From assembly GCA_951406725.2 (NCBI GenBank), contig OX597818.1, forward strand, positions 116,188,001-116,252,000: 64,000 nt of DNA, read 5' to 3'. Positions 41,031 to 55,736 of this stretch are shown here, in pieces. Numbering within the stretch: position 1 is the stretch's first letter; every line of letters begins with the position of its first letter. The notes beneath the pieces are model-generated. The model saw only the letters and a program-made list of their open reading frames with translations. It made no database searches and was not told the origin of the DNA. The position numbers were made by a program, and so were the translations under genes. This DNA is from Octopus vulgaris (Eukaryota).

Positions 41031-41798
41031 ATAGTCTAAATGTTACCACAGACCTAGGATAACATCGATCCCTGCACCTTGATTTATGCTTGTACATTAT
41101 AGTTCAATCTCTAGAAAACGCGATGTTAGAATGTGACACCAGGGAGACATGAATGAATAGCTTAGAGAGGTCAGATTCAATAATGGTGTTCTGCGCAGCT
41201 TCTTACTAATTCTGTCATTTTGCCGCTTTAATGTTCAGAGTATATCTCGATTTTGGATTTGGTTTGCAAGATACTTTATATGAGTTCGTGTGTTGAAACA
41301 TATTCTGTTGTTCCTGAGGAAAGTCATTTTCTTTTTGTGCTTTATAATTTAACACACTCACCGGTAAAATTTCCACTTATTTCTTATTTTTATTTTCCTA
41401 AAATTTTCGTTGCGTCTTGCAACCTTTTCAATAATCTCTCGAATATTGTACCTCTGAGTTATTTTGTGCGAACAAGTTTTATATTAACGCTTTAATTATT
41501 CTCTAATCAACACATCCATCCGTCCACCAAAAATATTGGTGTTCCTGTTTTTATCCAGTTTGATCCATTAATTTAACCTTTACAGTGGTATCATGGAAAT
41601 ATAAGAAACCTGGAATTGTAAATTTTAAATCCATTTTAACTAAAATATAACAGGTTAATTTTTTCTTTTTGAAATTTTGGTCTTTTATTAAGTAATTTGA
41701 AATTAAACTGGGCCATCTGATAATTGTAGAAAAGAGAATAAATATATAAAGCAAAGAAAAAATCAGCGGAAAAAAGGTATTACGAAAATGCCTAGTTA

Positions 41799-42033
41799 TT
41801 GGGGTTGGTGCATAATTATTGCGGCTTTTTTCTAACAAATTTTATTTAACGAAAACAATAATAATATTTAACAAAAACATCTTTAAATGCTGGTCTGACC
41901 CTCAACAAAGCAAATGGGAAGCAATAATTGAAGTAGATGGTGAATATGCTCCGGAATTATCATTTGATGATGTTTTTGTTACATGTTATTGTTTTTGTTG
42001 AAAAAAAGCCGCAATAATTATGCACCAACCCAA
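41799..42033 (+). mobile_element. Internally deleted mariner (MITE)
   Basis: TIRs ttggggttggtgcataattattgcggcttttt and aaaaagccgcaataattatgcaccaacccaa, with TA at left. Residual C-terminal coding SKWEAIIEVDGEYAPE. Confidence 0.85.
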
Positions 42034-43791
42034 TTCATAGTAACACAGTTACTGTTCGATATTGGTGACTAGACTACATAGTAAACGAAAATAAATGTAA
42101 ATAGTGGTATATTTTGTTTTGTTGATATTTGGGTTAAATATTTCTACTTTTTATGTAAGGAAATGAATGGTGGGTTTCGCAGATTTTGTTTGGTTTCACT
42201 GTATATTTGTAGTTTCAATTTTCTGTAAAAATTTCAATAAAAAAAAAAAGATATTCATAATTAATTTTAGTTGTATCGATGACGAAAATATATTGATCTC
42301 CGACATGTGAAGAGGAACCACATTAGCTTTAAAAATTGATCAATTTTACATTAGCAACATAATTAGTTGTGGGTGAATTGAAGGGAAACGGCTTTGTGTT
42401 AAATAGAACAGTTTGCAGGAAGAAGCAAAAAACCCACGATGAAAACTGCCTGTTCAAGTCTGTGCGTATTTTAAGAATATGGAACACGAGACGTTTTAGA
42501 AGCAATACGTTTTATCTTAAATATTTGATCAGAATTTACACTATGTTCATACTGAAAATTTGTTACACGAATAATCTGATACCAGTGCGTTAAGATCGAT
42601 ATAACGTATCAATCAAACAATCCGTATGTATTTACTTTACAATCGTTCGATAGATTGACTAATTCTTGTTTTGTTTTTTTAACGTTTTCTCTAAACCAAT
42701 AAGTTAATTTTTTCGTACTAATTGTAATTCATTACTTCTCGAAATTGTATTTATCCTTTGGTTTTTCCGAGCTCGATTTTGAGAGTATATAAAACATGCT
42801 TCATTTGTAATATTCTCTTACTAATTGAAATGGTAACTGTTTGTGGCTAGATGTGCGGTATCAGTGAAAAATAAGCCGTTTTGTTTTGAAAGTAGCACAC
42901 GTTTTGTACTATCTACTACCACTGGGTGACTGAGTCGCGGAAGCAGTAGACTAACAGACTAAGCCATATTTATGAAATAGCAATGACAACGACACAACGT
43001 AGGACCGAACCGGGTTGCAGATTCATTCTTTTCTACTCTAGGCACAAGGCCCGAAATTTTGGGAGAGAAGACCAGTCGATTAGATCGAACCCAGTACGCA
43101 ACCGGTACTCAATATATCGAGCCCGAAAGGTTCATATCGCGCGGCGCGATATGAACATTTAAGATGGTTTTAAGGTCAGGGTTTTGACTGCTATTTCAAC
43201 ATGGTGGTATCTCTCAGATACCCTAATTTATAGTTTTAAATAATTATTACCTTTGTATGGTATTTATTCCCATGCTGGCCACTTGATAAGATCGATATTT
43301 GAATATCGATATTATCCTTATTTATAAATATAACTGTTACGTTATGTTGGCAAGTAATCTTTACACACACAAGTTAATGTTTAGATTTAAATTTAAAATT
43401 CAAACTGCGTTTTGGATATGTTTCTAGTAGTACGCCGACAAAGCACGTTCACTGCTTACGGCTACCTGACGTCATCCGCGGTAATTGCACACTCGTCGCT
43501 GGATCTATGTTAAGAATTTCTCAGAGCACGTTCAATATAGTAGAAACAATAGATACAGAAAATAGAGTATTCTGGAAATTTTATTTATCACAACGATCGT
43601 TTCGACACATCCTGCATCGCTCTCTCGTGGGTAGGAAATTATACAATGAAATTATTCAATAATACAGTGCACAGTGCCCAGTCGACAGTGCATAGTGCAC
43701 TCCACAGTGCAGGGGTACTGTGGGGTGCACTGTAATTCATTGTATAATATATATATATATAGTTATATTCTATATGACATTTAGTGACAGT

Positions 43792-43858
43792 TGTAACTGG
43801 AGTCGACTTCAACGGCTGAAGCTCTATACTCTCCAACGCCGCCGTGCACCATGTGGAA
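43792..43858 (+). mobile_element. Short degenerate CR1/L2-like fragment
   Basis: NWSRLQRLKLYTLQRRR resembles the YxERLxxLxLYSLxRRR motif. Confidence 0.4.
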
Positions 43859-44291
43859 ACTATTCCATCTATATTATCCAAATGATATCCATATTATGCT
43901 TACGATTTACTCAAGACGAGGCCCCCTCGTGTCATATGCACTCTGCAGAATTAGATTGCCAGCTGAGCTGAGCTCGGACATTGCTTCGGCCTAGTGTCTC
44001 CTCCACTGGCTAGTTAGTACGGTATAATTTACATTATATTAGTTAAGTATCTTTAACTATAATTTCAGACGTGGTTATTATAATATATCGTTGCTTTTAT
44101 AGCAATTATATTCATTTCTCGTTTATTGGTTATTTGTGGCGTATATAACTGATTGAAGTTAATAGACTATTACATGAAGCAATAAAACACATCTGGATAA
44201 AAGTAATGGTGTTTGTTTGAAATAAACGCCGCGTTAATGGAAGACAAGTCGCTTGCGGTACGTTCACTGTATTTATATAAATATATGTGCG

Positions 44292-44380
<89 letters not shown>

Positions 44381-45021
44381 GCACATATAAAACTTATATC
44401 TTCGTTGGTGTATATATATATATATGTATGCTCGGGTTCATAATACATATTTAGGTATTATATAAATATATATTACATCTCTATAAAATCATATATATAC
44501 ACATGTATATACACACATACATACATACATACATACATACATACATACATACACACACATACATATATATATGTATATATGTATATATATATATATATAT
44601 TTCCATATATATATACATAGTTATGTATAATACAGATATCAATGGGCACATGTATATAATATGAGTATGTATATATGTTCATATATTCACATGTACACAC
44701 AAACACCGTCACACACAATAGACATGCAAATAGATAGGTAGATAAATAAATAGATAGATAGATAGATAGAGAGATAGACGGACAGGCAGAGAGACAGATG
44801 GATAGAGATACAATATAAATCAAATAAAAGTAATTTTAAAAATATTTGAGTCAACATTATTTGTAGTGTGGAGTTTACTTAAAGTTAAATATCAAAATTT
44901 CGCGTACGCCACCGATAAAGTAACTTGTCTATGTTGTATAAAGAATGTGATTTGATGGAAAATGGCTTACCTAAAAAGTAAGTGAAATACTATATTGTCC
45001 TGTATATATAGAAATTAAGCA

Positions 45022-45101
<80 letters not shown>

Positions 45102-45751
45102 ATATACATATATATATACTTATATTAAAGGCATTACTATACATAAATGCCTCACACTAGGAGGGACTCTTAAAGTAAAAAACCACCATAATAAATAAAC
45201 ACATTGTACCGACCACGAGGGAATGCAGCTCTCGGAGAGAGCATTTTAAAAACAGAATTCAGCTGTATTTCATATGATTTCATAATTAGTGCACAAAATG
45301 CACTTTTTAATCGTCAGTGCATGCATAATTTAAGATGCATAAAAATGAACATAAATCAACATATCAGACGAGCTGCAAATGTATCCGGCATAGTACATAG
45401 AATTTTTCACACTTATATATCTATGTAAAAGGCGGGATTTTCGAATTGGACTTCGGTACATGTGTTTATTCAGAATAAAATTCAGCACTGAATATATTCC
45501 GGTTAAATTTACAATTGAAAAATAGGATAAAATCTTTATAAGAATTTATCAAGTAGTTAGCGTGAAAAACCTCATAAGGAAAAAATCCATCAATTATTCA
45601 TCTTAAATATATTTACTTATATTAAGGGCATTACTATTCATAAATGCCTCACGCCTGAGGGACTCTTAAAGTCAAAACAACCATAATAAATAAGAGGAAT
45701 AATTGATGGATTTTTCTCTCCAAAGTGAGATGTACTAACTATATAGAATAT

Positions 45752-46094
45752 TCTCTTCTACTCTAAGTACAAACCCGAAAATTTGGGGGAAGGGGCCAGT
45801 CGATTAGATCGATACCTGTACGCTACTGGTACATAATTTATCGACCCCTAAAGGATGAAAGGCAAAGTTGACCTCGGCGGAATTTGAACAAAATACCTAT
45901 CTCTTTACTACCCACAAGGGGCTAAACACAGAGAGGACAAACAAGGACAGACAAACGGATTAAGTCGATTATATCGACTCCAAAATGATGAAAGTCAAAG
46001 TCGACCTTTGCGGAATTTGAACTCAGAACGTAACGGCAGACGAAATATCGCTAAGCATTTCGCCCAGCGTGCTAACGTTTCTGCCAGCTCGCCT
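45752..46094 (-). mobile_element. Dimeric family-A SINE with internal deletions
   Basis: Two cores with junction aatacctatctctttactaccc near 45892. Confidence 0.82.
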
Positions 46095-46119
46095 TATATA
46101 TTGACCGCTGGCTCCAAAA

Positions 46120-46283
46120 GCTTTTTTTATTCTCTATCTGTTTATTTTCTCGTGTTCCTTTCTGTTGAAGAGCATAGGCTCGAAACGTAAAGGACTCTGT
46201 CACCTTCGCGAGCGTTAAACTATATACCTGCTCATTGTTTATACACCTGCCTTCATCTTTTGTTTTTCTGTAAATTTCAGCTA
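46120..46283 (+). mobile_element. Same repeat family (CUGUUGA variant at 46157-46194)
   Basis: ccttt-CTGTTGA-A-GAGC-atag-GCTC-GAAACGT-A-aagga. Confidence 0.65.
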
Positions 46284-46330
46284 TATATATAGCTGGTAAT
46301 AATAATTTATTATTACACTATTTTATTGTT

Positions 46331-46368
<38 letters not shown>

Positions 46369-46507
46369 AACAATAAAATAGTGTATATATATGTATATAT
46401 ATACATATACACACATACATATATGTATATATATATATAGACACACACATATATATATTCCATATATATGTATATATATATATGTTTATGTGTATGTGTG
46501 CGTGTCT

Positions 46508-46543
<36 letters not shown>

Positions 46544-46933
46544 TATAGGCATGTTTATTTCTATTCCTTTAAATATAGTAAATTTGAAACTGCGTGAAAG
46601 AATGCGTGCTTTAGGTGATAAATTTAACAGTTAAAATTGGCAACCAACAATTAATTACTAAGTAATTATGTATGAAAAATGACGGAATATGATAATAACA
46701 GGTATTATGATAAAAGTGTTAGAAAAAAAAACAATGTTACGAAGATGAGAAATGGATGTCAGATGGGTTTGCAGAGAAAGACAAAGAAGATAAATGTAGA
46801 CAGAGGCTTAAATTTTTTATAAAAACAGCAAAAATAGAAGACACACGCGCACTCTTTCTCTTTGTCTCTCTCTCCCTCCCCCTCTCTCTCTCACATACAC
46901 ACGCTTTTATGTGTGTGTGTATCTGTGTGTAAT

Positions 46934-46970
<37 letters not shown>

Positions 46971-47491
46971 ATTTAAGAAGTATTTAAAATGAAATACTTG
47001 ATTTGATTTGATTTGTACTAGTTTCAGCTCATGAGATGTGGCCATTCTGTGGCACCGCCATTTGGTGTTGCTACATAATTTTACTTCACTAATTCTTTAT
47101 AGAAATTGACGTTTTGTGCATGAAGAAGTTTGATGCTGTTACCCTCAAAAACTTATAAAATTAATTAAAATATGTAATAACTTAGATTAGTTTCGGCCAT
47201 TATCGGCCCAGGTCCTGTCTAACTCAATAGCACCAACTAGAAAAGTATTTTAGTTAATTATTTCGGGACACCACGGATCACTCAAGCAGAGAGTTGTTGT
47301 TGGTTGAGACGTATCCACGTGTAGGAGTTTATCCTGTATTTCCTGGAGGAATTTATCTTGGTAGCGTTTGAAAATTGTGGGGTCTTTTTCTACTTTAATT
47401 TCTTTCGGGATAACATTGAAAAGTGCGGGACCATTTGCAGTGAAGAAATTGTGTCACAATGTTCGTATGTAATGTCATCTTGGCTTTTCCG

Positions 47492-47955
47492 TCGACCTCG
47501 GTGGAATTTGAACTCAGAATGTAGCGGCAGACGAAATACCTATATCTTTACTACCCACAAGGAGCTAAACGCAGAGAGTTCAAACAAGGATAGACAAACG
47601 GATTAACTCGATTATATCGACCCCAGTGCGTAACTCGTACTTAATTTATCGACTTCGAAGGATGAAAAGCAAAGTCGACCTCGGCGGAATTTAAACTCAG
47701 AACGTAACGGCAGACGAAATACCTATTTCTTTATTGCCCACAAGGAGCTAAACGCAGAGAGTTCAAAGAAGGACAGACATAGGTATTAAGTCGATTACAT
47801 CGGCCCCAGTGCGTCACTGGTACTTAATTTATCGATCCCGAAAGGATGAAAGGCAAAGCCGACCTCGGCAGAATTTGAACTCAGAACGTAAAGACAGACG
47901 AAATACAGCCAAGCATTTCTCCCGGCGTGCTAACGATTCTGCCAGCTCATCGCCT
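47492..47955 (-). mobile_element. Trimeric family-A SINE array
   Basis: Junctions gaaatacctat near 47533 and 47717. Confidence 0.85.
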
Positions 47956-48299
47956 TGTTGCCAATATATAATGAAATGATAGTAAATGGATTACTTAGGC
48001 GGTGTTTCTTTATAATCGGATATTTATCTGTTGAGAACAAAACCAAATCAAAAACCGCTGTCTAGCAAAACTACTAAAACATAATGTATTATATATAATT
48101 CCATTTAAAGCAATAATGTATTAAAGTGGGTGGGTTATTGACAGATGTATAACAGCTTGGAAGTTTTGCGTCCAAACTTCAAATACGATTAGAATCAAAT
48201 TTGCCTTTTATTCCCCCAGATCGATAAAATAATTACCAAACCTATACTCTGGGCAATTCAATCGATTTATACCTACCACTTATAAATAGTGGTTTCAAA

Positions 48300-48504
48300 T
48301 TTTGGCACAAGACCAGCACTTTCGGGGGAGTGGTAATTAGATTACATTGAACCCAGTTTTCAAATGGTGCTTATTTTGTCTGATCCCCCGAAAGTATGAA
48401 AGATAAAGTCGACCTCGGTGGAATTTAAACTCAGAACGTAAAGATGGATGAAACGCCACCAAGTACTTTACCTGACGCGGTAGCGATCCTGCCAGCTCGC
48501 CGCT
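48300..48504 (-). mobile_element. Diverged family-A SINE
   Basis: Core gataaagtcgacctcggtggaatttaaactcagaac and head gccagctcgccgc. Confidence 0.78.
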
Positions 48505-48577
48505 TTATCCCTTGTAAATATTGAACTTGTATCAGTATGAAAAAGCAGGGTAGTAATTGAAGACCAAGTAACTTAAA

Positions 48578-48860
48578 GTGGAGGCACATATGGCCTAGCG
48601 GTCAGAGCAGCGGACTCGCGGTCGAGAGATCGCGGGTTCGAATTTCAGACCAGGCGATGTGTGTGTCTATGAGCGAAACACCTAAGCTCCACGCGGCTCC
48701 GACAGAAGGTAATTGCGAACTTCTGCTGACTCTTTCGCCACAACTTTCTCTCACTCTTTCCTCCTGCATCTTGCAGCTCACCCCTGCAGGTGGAACCCAT
48801 ACGCCACGGAAACCGGGAAACCGGCCCTTATGAACCAGGCGTGGCTCGAGAAGGAACAAA
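48578..48860 (+). mobile_element. Family-C SINE with a tRNA-Arg-like head and 13-bp TSD
   Basis: tggcctagcggtcagagc...gactcgcgg...gggttcgaat, and 3' ggaaaccgggaaaccgg. TSD caagtaacttaaa at 48565-48577 and caagtaacgtaaa at 48861-48873. Confidence 0.85.
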
Positions 48861-49343
48861 CAAGTAACGTAAAACTGTTCTCTCTTATTAACGTGTGGGA
48901 AAACAGTCTACAAATGTTATCTCTTATGTCAACTGTAAATATGAACGTTGGGAAATCAATGAGTTTAATTGAATAATCACACAAAACATTATATTCTATA
49001 CTAGCTGTGTATAGACAATAAGCTGTTCAGCATTGGAGAAATATAAACCACGATAGAATTCCCTATTGATTACAATATTAAACACAATTGTCATTACTGG
49101 AATCAGACCTACTAATTACGATCAAATTAATTAAATTAAACACTTAAATGGAAAGCAAACAAACAAAAAAAAAGACGAAAAGAAAGCAGAAATGTAACAA
49201 TACTACGATGCTCTCCTGTATAAACTGAAAGAGAAATACCAACCAACTGAACAACCAGCCGACCGACCAGTTTGTCTAATATATGTGACCTACAGGATAA
49301 GAATGCACAGACCAAGGAACATGATGAATTTTCAATAAAAAGT

Positions 49344-49374
<31 letters not shown>

Positions 49375-49920
49375 AAGGATATCAGTGGAAGAGAAATCAA
49401 AATCGGAAACACAAGTATGTTTAATGCGCCAGCATGCGTCAACATATATTTATGTATATTGATGCACAACAACAAAAGAGTTGATTGAAAAATAACGCAG
49501 GCGTTCGTTTTATATCCTTAATATAAACACTTTCTAGTCTTATGTAACATAAAGAGTTGATTTTTTTTTCATTGGATGAAATTATTCTTTCAATTTAGTA
49601 GACATAAATCAATTTACTTCTAGTACTGTTTAAAAACCGACAAAAAAAAAAAAACGTATGGGAGATAACCTCGATAAGTTCAGTTGATTGAAATTATTAG
49701 ACAATAAAGGTCAGAGAGGATTTGCTGGGAGAAGCGAACTGACGAGAACAATACTCGTATTTTGGTTTTATTTCATCTCTCCAATGAATTTTATGCTAAT
49801 AGATAAAAGCTATTAATTATCAATATATGTATTGGAATAGAAGCAGCTTAATTATAATGATGAATATGGGAATCGACAGAACGGCTGAGCCAAAATATTC
49901 CAAAGGAACGTAGTATTTTG

Positions 49921-50102
49921 TTCTTTTACTTGTTCCTCTAATTTGACTGCGGCCATGCTGGAGCACTGCCTTTAGTCGAACAAATCGACCTCAGGACTTA
50001 TTCTTTGTGAGCCTAGTACTTATTCTATCGGTCGCTTTGCCGAACGGCTAGGTTACGGTGACGTGCACGCACCAGCATCGGCTGTCAAACGATGGTGGGG
50101 GA

Positions 50103-50195
<93 letters not shown>

Positions 50196-50334
50196 GACAA
50201 GCTTCTTTCAGTTTCCGTCCACCAAATCCACTCACAAAGCTTTGGTCTGCTCCTGGCTATCGCAGAAGACACTTGACCAAGGTGCCACGCAGTGTAACTG
50301 AACCCATGGCCACGTGGTTGGTAAGCAAGCTACT
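49921..50334 (-). mobile_element. Family-B SINE
   Basis: Reverse complement of the 18883 element, with internal (CA)n(TA)n at 50105-50193. Confidence 0.87.
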
Positions 50335-50650
50335 TTATTTCAAAAGTTTTTGCCATAAAGGCATGATACAGAGTAGCTTGCGGGCTGGACAGAAACATTG
50401 ATGAGATGAATGATGAAATAAAATGATATTAATAGGAGAAGACAAAAAAAAGCACGCCGATCTTTTGCTTCTCTAAAACATTATTTTTTACACAAAAAAC
50501 AAACCGAGGTATTGAACCTCTTCCGTTTTACAGTTAATGGATTTAATAGTTCATTTACAAATTGAAACATTATTATTTTTAACACAAAAAAAAAAAACAG
50601 ACCGAGGTACTGAATCTCTTATTTCCGTTTTTCCAATTATTGGGCTTAAT

Positions 50651-50999
50651 AGTATTTCGCCTGCCGCTGCGTTCTGATTCAAATTCCGCCGAGGTCGACT
50701 TTGCCTTTCATCCTTTCGGGGTTGATTAAATAAGTACCAGTTACGCACTGGGGTCGATATAATCGACTTAATCCGTTGGTTTGTCCTTGTTTGTCCTCTC
50801 TGTGTTTAGCCCCTTGTGGGTAGTAAAGAAATGAGTATTTCATCTGCCGCTACGTTCTGAGTTCAAATTCCGCCGAGGTCGACTTTGCCTTTCATCCTTT
50901 CGGGGTCGATGAAATTAAGTACCAGTTGCATACTGCGGTCGATCGAATCAACTGGCGCCCTCCCTCAAAATTTCGAGCTTTGTGCCTAGAGCAGAAAAT
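50651..50999 (+). mobile_element. Dimeric family-A SINE, 5'-truncated
   Basis: Two cores. Tail 1 gtgggtagtaaagaaat joins gagtatttcatctgcc; tail 2 is tgtgcctagagcagaaaat. Confidence 0.87.
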
Positions 51000-51547
51000 A
51001 TTATCGTCCGTTTTGCTAGCTCATGTAGTCTCCAGTTAAGAACACCATAACAACTTATAACTAGGACAGCTTAAAGCATTAATCTCTTTTATCTTACTTT
51101 TTGCATTTAGCTCTGTTTTAAGTATTTATCAAATTCGTTTATAATATTCCTTCCCTCCTGCTTCATTTGTGTATGTCATTCCCTATTTAGTTCATTGATT
51201 CCTAAGTATTGGTATGTCTGGGTTTGTTTTGGTATTCTTAGCTCTATTTCTTTTTAGCTCTATTTCCTTTTCTAGTATAATATGGTTGTTCTTCAAATTG
51301 CTGTGAAGACTTATTGATATCTTATAACGTGTAACATTTCATAAACGTATTTCTTACAATTAAAACTGCTTGCTTACCTTTCGTCTTTGGTATTCGCTCG
51401 GAACTTTGTCTTTCATCTAGTCAACTCTTGTGCTTCTGGAGTATTAAACCCGGATTAAGAAGTCGGACTGAAAGAATTCGAACTTTCCAAGTTTTAACAA
51501 ACTAGTTTCTTCTCACCCCAGACATGCATGCACACATCATCGTATAG

Positions 51548-51629
<82 letters not shown>

Positions 51630-51745
51630 ACTATGTAATTAAATATGCTGATTATATGACCGAAATGACAGTTTTAAACAAACTATGAGTGAATGATTGC
51701 AAATTTATTCGCCTGAAACCATCGCTAACGCATTAAATGAACTCA

Positions 51746-51784
<39 letters not shown>

Positions 51785-51787
<3 letters not shown>

Positions 51788-52032
51788 TTTGAAAACGCCT
51801 TTCTTACCTCATTTCCTTCCGGTCTTTCAAAATGTGACCACGTGTGTACCGTTGGCGATTTTTTTCCTCTGTCTTCCCTTCTCTGGATCTTTCCTTCTCC
51901 TATGTTTCCGACGAAGAGCTCCGCTCGAAACGTTAAACCCTCCTTCTTTCCTTCTTTCCTGAGCGTCCAATAATACTATATTTGTTCCACGTCCTCGCGT
52001 TGTTGTGTTTTTTTGTGCTTTCTTGTTTGGAT

Positions 52033-52037
<5 letters not shown>
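51785..52037 (+). mobile_element. Related (TA)n-embedded repeat (CCGACGA variant at 51904-51938)
   Basis: gttt-CCGACGA-A-GAGC-tcc-GCTC-GAAACGT-T-aaac, then gagcgtccaataatac. (TA)n lies on both sides. Confidence 0.65.
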
Positions 52038-52105
<68 letters not shown>

Positions 52106-52428
52106 CTATATATTTATATACACACTCACACACATACAGAGGAATGATTCTCTTGGGACATTTATGAATGAGTGTGTGTGTGTGTTTGTATGTGTGTGTA
52201 TGTGTGTGTGTGTGTGTGTGCGTGCGCACGTATATTTCTTGGTGCGTGAAAATTTCCCTTGCACTGCTTTTAAAACACTGAATATTTATATCTTCTATTC
52301 AAATCATATCTGGTTGTGTGTCCAAAGGAATCGACATTTTATTTTAAAATCTATGATATTGTTTGAAAAATAAATGAAATAAATGAATAAATATAGAAAG
52401 AAAGAAACACACAACAATAGTAGCAGAG

Positions 52429-53196
52429 CCACCACCCAGCACCAGCACCAGCACCACCACCACCACCACCACTACCACTACCATCACATCCACCACCACA
52501 ACCACCACAACCACCATCACCACTAGCACCGCCACCACCACCATCATCACCACCACCACCACCACAACCACCATCGCCATCACCACTACCACCACCACCA
52601 CAACCACCACCACCATCACCACTACCGCCGTCACCACCATCACCATCACCACCACCACCACCACCACCACCACCACCACCACAACCACCACAGCCACCAC
52701 CACCACCACCGAATGCAAGAACGGAATAGCGACGTTGACAAAGGCATTCAAAGCGAATAATAATGATTACAGGAACGATTTTAATATTCTCTTTTCTCAT
52801 CAGTTTCCGATTTTTCGTCCAACGCCTCTTCCCCTTACACCTGTACTCGTTCCTCGTTCTCTCTTCACCTTCACCTTCTTCGTCACCATGAACACCAGTA
52901 TGAGCAGCAGAAGATGATGCAGCAGCAACCACAGAAGCAGCAACAGTAGCTACATCATCATCATCATCATCATCATCATCGTCATCATCGTCATCATCGC
53001 CATCATCATCATCATCGTCGTCATTATCGCCATCATCATCATAATTGTCATCATTATCATCATCATCATCGTCATCATTATCATCATCATCATCGTCATC
53101 ATCGTCATCTTCGCCATCATCGTCATCATCGCCATCATCGTCATCATCGCCATCATCATCATCGTTATCATCGCCGTCGTCATCATAATCGTCATC

Positions 53197-53238
<42 letters not shown>

Positions 53239-53298
53239 GTCATCATCATCATCGTCATCATCGCCATCATCATCATCATCATTGTCATCATCATCGCC

Positions 53299-53342
<44 letters not shown>

Positions 53343-53517
53343 CATCATCTTCAGCAGTCACATCAGCATGGATTTTATTAATACTGTTGTCATCAGTGTG
53401 AACGAGATCAAATAGATCAACTTCCACAATATCAATAAATGAAAACAAAAAAAAACAAACAATAAAAGTTACCATGAACTTAATAATAGCAATTGTAGTA
53501 AATATGATAATAATAAC

Positions 53518-53550
<33 letters not shown>

Positions 53551-54260
53551 TATTATTATTATTATATTGGTAACAAAAGCTTAGGAGAACAGAACGATAT
53601 AGAAACACCCACCACAAAACACACTAAACAGCAGCAACAACAACAGCAACAAGCATATCATCATTATCATTATCCTTGACATCGTCTTCATCATCATCGC
53701 CATCGTCGTTATCATCATCACCATCATCGTCATAATCGTCACCATCATCATCGTTGCAAACGTCATCATCATCACCATCATTATCATCGTCACAATCATT
53801 ATCATCGCCATCGTCATCATGATCATCATCGTCGTCATCATCATCATCGTTGTCTTCGTCGTCATCATCATCGTCGTCATCATCATCATCGTCGTCGTCG
53901 TCATCATCATCGTGATCATCGTGATCATCGTCACCATCGTTATCATCGTCACCATCGTTATCATCGTCACCATCATCATCGTCGTCATCATCATCATCGT
54001 TGTTTCGTCGTCATCATCATCATCGTGATCATCATCATCATCGTCACCATCATCATCATCGTCATCATCGTCACCATCATCATCATCAGCAGCATCATCA
54101 TCAACATCATCTTTATGATCGTCGTCATGATTATGATTATGATCATCATCGTCATTATTATCGTCGGCATCGTCATCATCATCATCGTTGTCGTCGTCAT
54201 CAACATCATCATCATCATCACCAACAACAACAAAACCACCCCGCCAACCACCACCATATC
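52429..54260. repeat. Trinucleotide low-complexity domain: (ACC)n 52429-52710, (ATC)n 52953-53350 and about 53660-54220
   Basis: Direct reading. Confidence 0.93.
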
Positions 54261-54980
54261 GCCGCCAGCTACGTCAACATGAACATGATCGAGAACAGTG
54301 TCATTTTATTTAACAGTAATAAAAAAGACAAATGATCACATTTGAAACAACAACAACAGCAACATCATCAATAACAAGAACTTCAACGGCAACAACAATA
54401 ATCAACTAATAACAAACAAAAGACAACGAACAGGAAAGCAGTAAAACCTGTTTACATTTAATTTACTTTTATGATTCAAATGGCAAACAATCTCTTAAAA
54501 CGCACAAAAAATTGCATTAAAAAAAACTCCACGTTTGCAGGAATTCGCGAATAATTAAGAAGTTTGTTTTCTAATCATGTGATTATAAGTTCAAACTCTC
54601 TGAACGGCATTCCAAACTCTCTGAACAAGGGCCGTTTGTTCTCAAGCTCTGGTCAATGCAAGCAGTGTGTGTGGACATTGTGAGCGTTTACAGCGTAGAA
54701 AGCAGCGATGTAATCTGCATTCTTTCTAGGGAAATAACAACTCTAAACTGCCACTGTTTCTCATAGCAGTGCCATGCAATTTAGTGCCTTTTACAAAGCC
54801 TTTAACAGAGTGAGTCCTCAACAAAGTTCTTCAATTGTAAAAATGTCGACCAGCCCCCCTCCCCCCCGGCTGGAAGTTCTACACACACACACACACACAT
54901 ACGCAAACATATATATATATAAATTAGAAAAAACACCTTTTATCAATTCAAAATGAAGAATTAAGTAGGAATAGAAAAAG

Positions 54981-55736
<756 letters not shown>

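Noticed and set aside
48583-48655. tRNA-Arg-like sequence, and other SINE heads, as tRNA genes
   Set aside because: No complete acceptor stem; the sequence continues into a SINE body flanked by a TSD.
52351-53475. 374-aa poly-Asp/poly-Gly ORF and neighbouring poly-Met, poly-His and poly-Ile ORFs to 54335
   Set aside because: These are translations of (ATC)n and (ACC)n tracts, open in several frames on both strands, with no domain or splice evidence.
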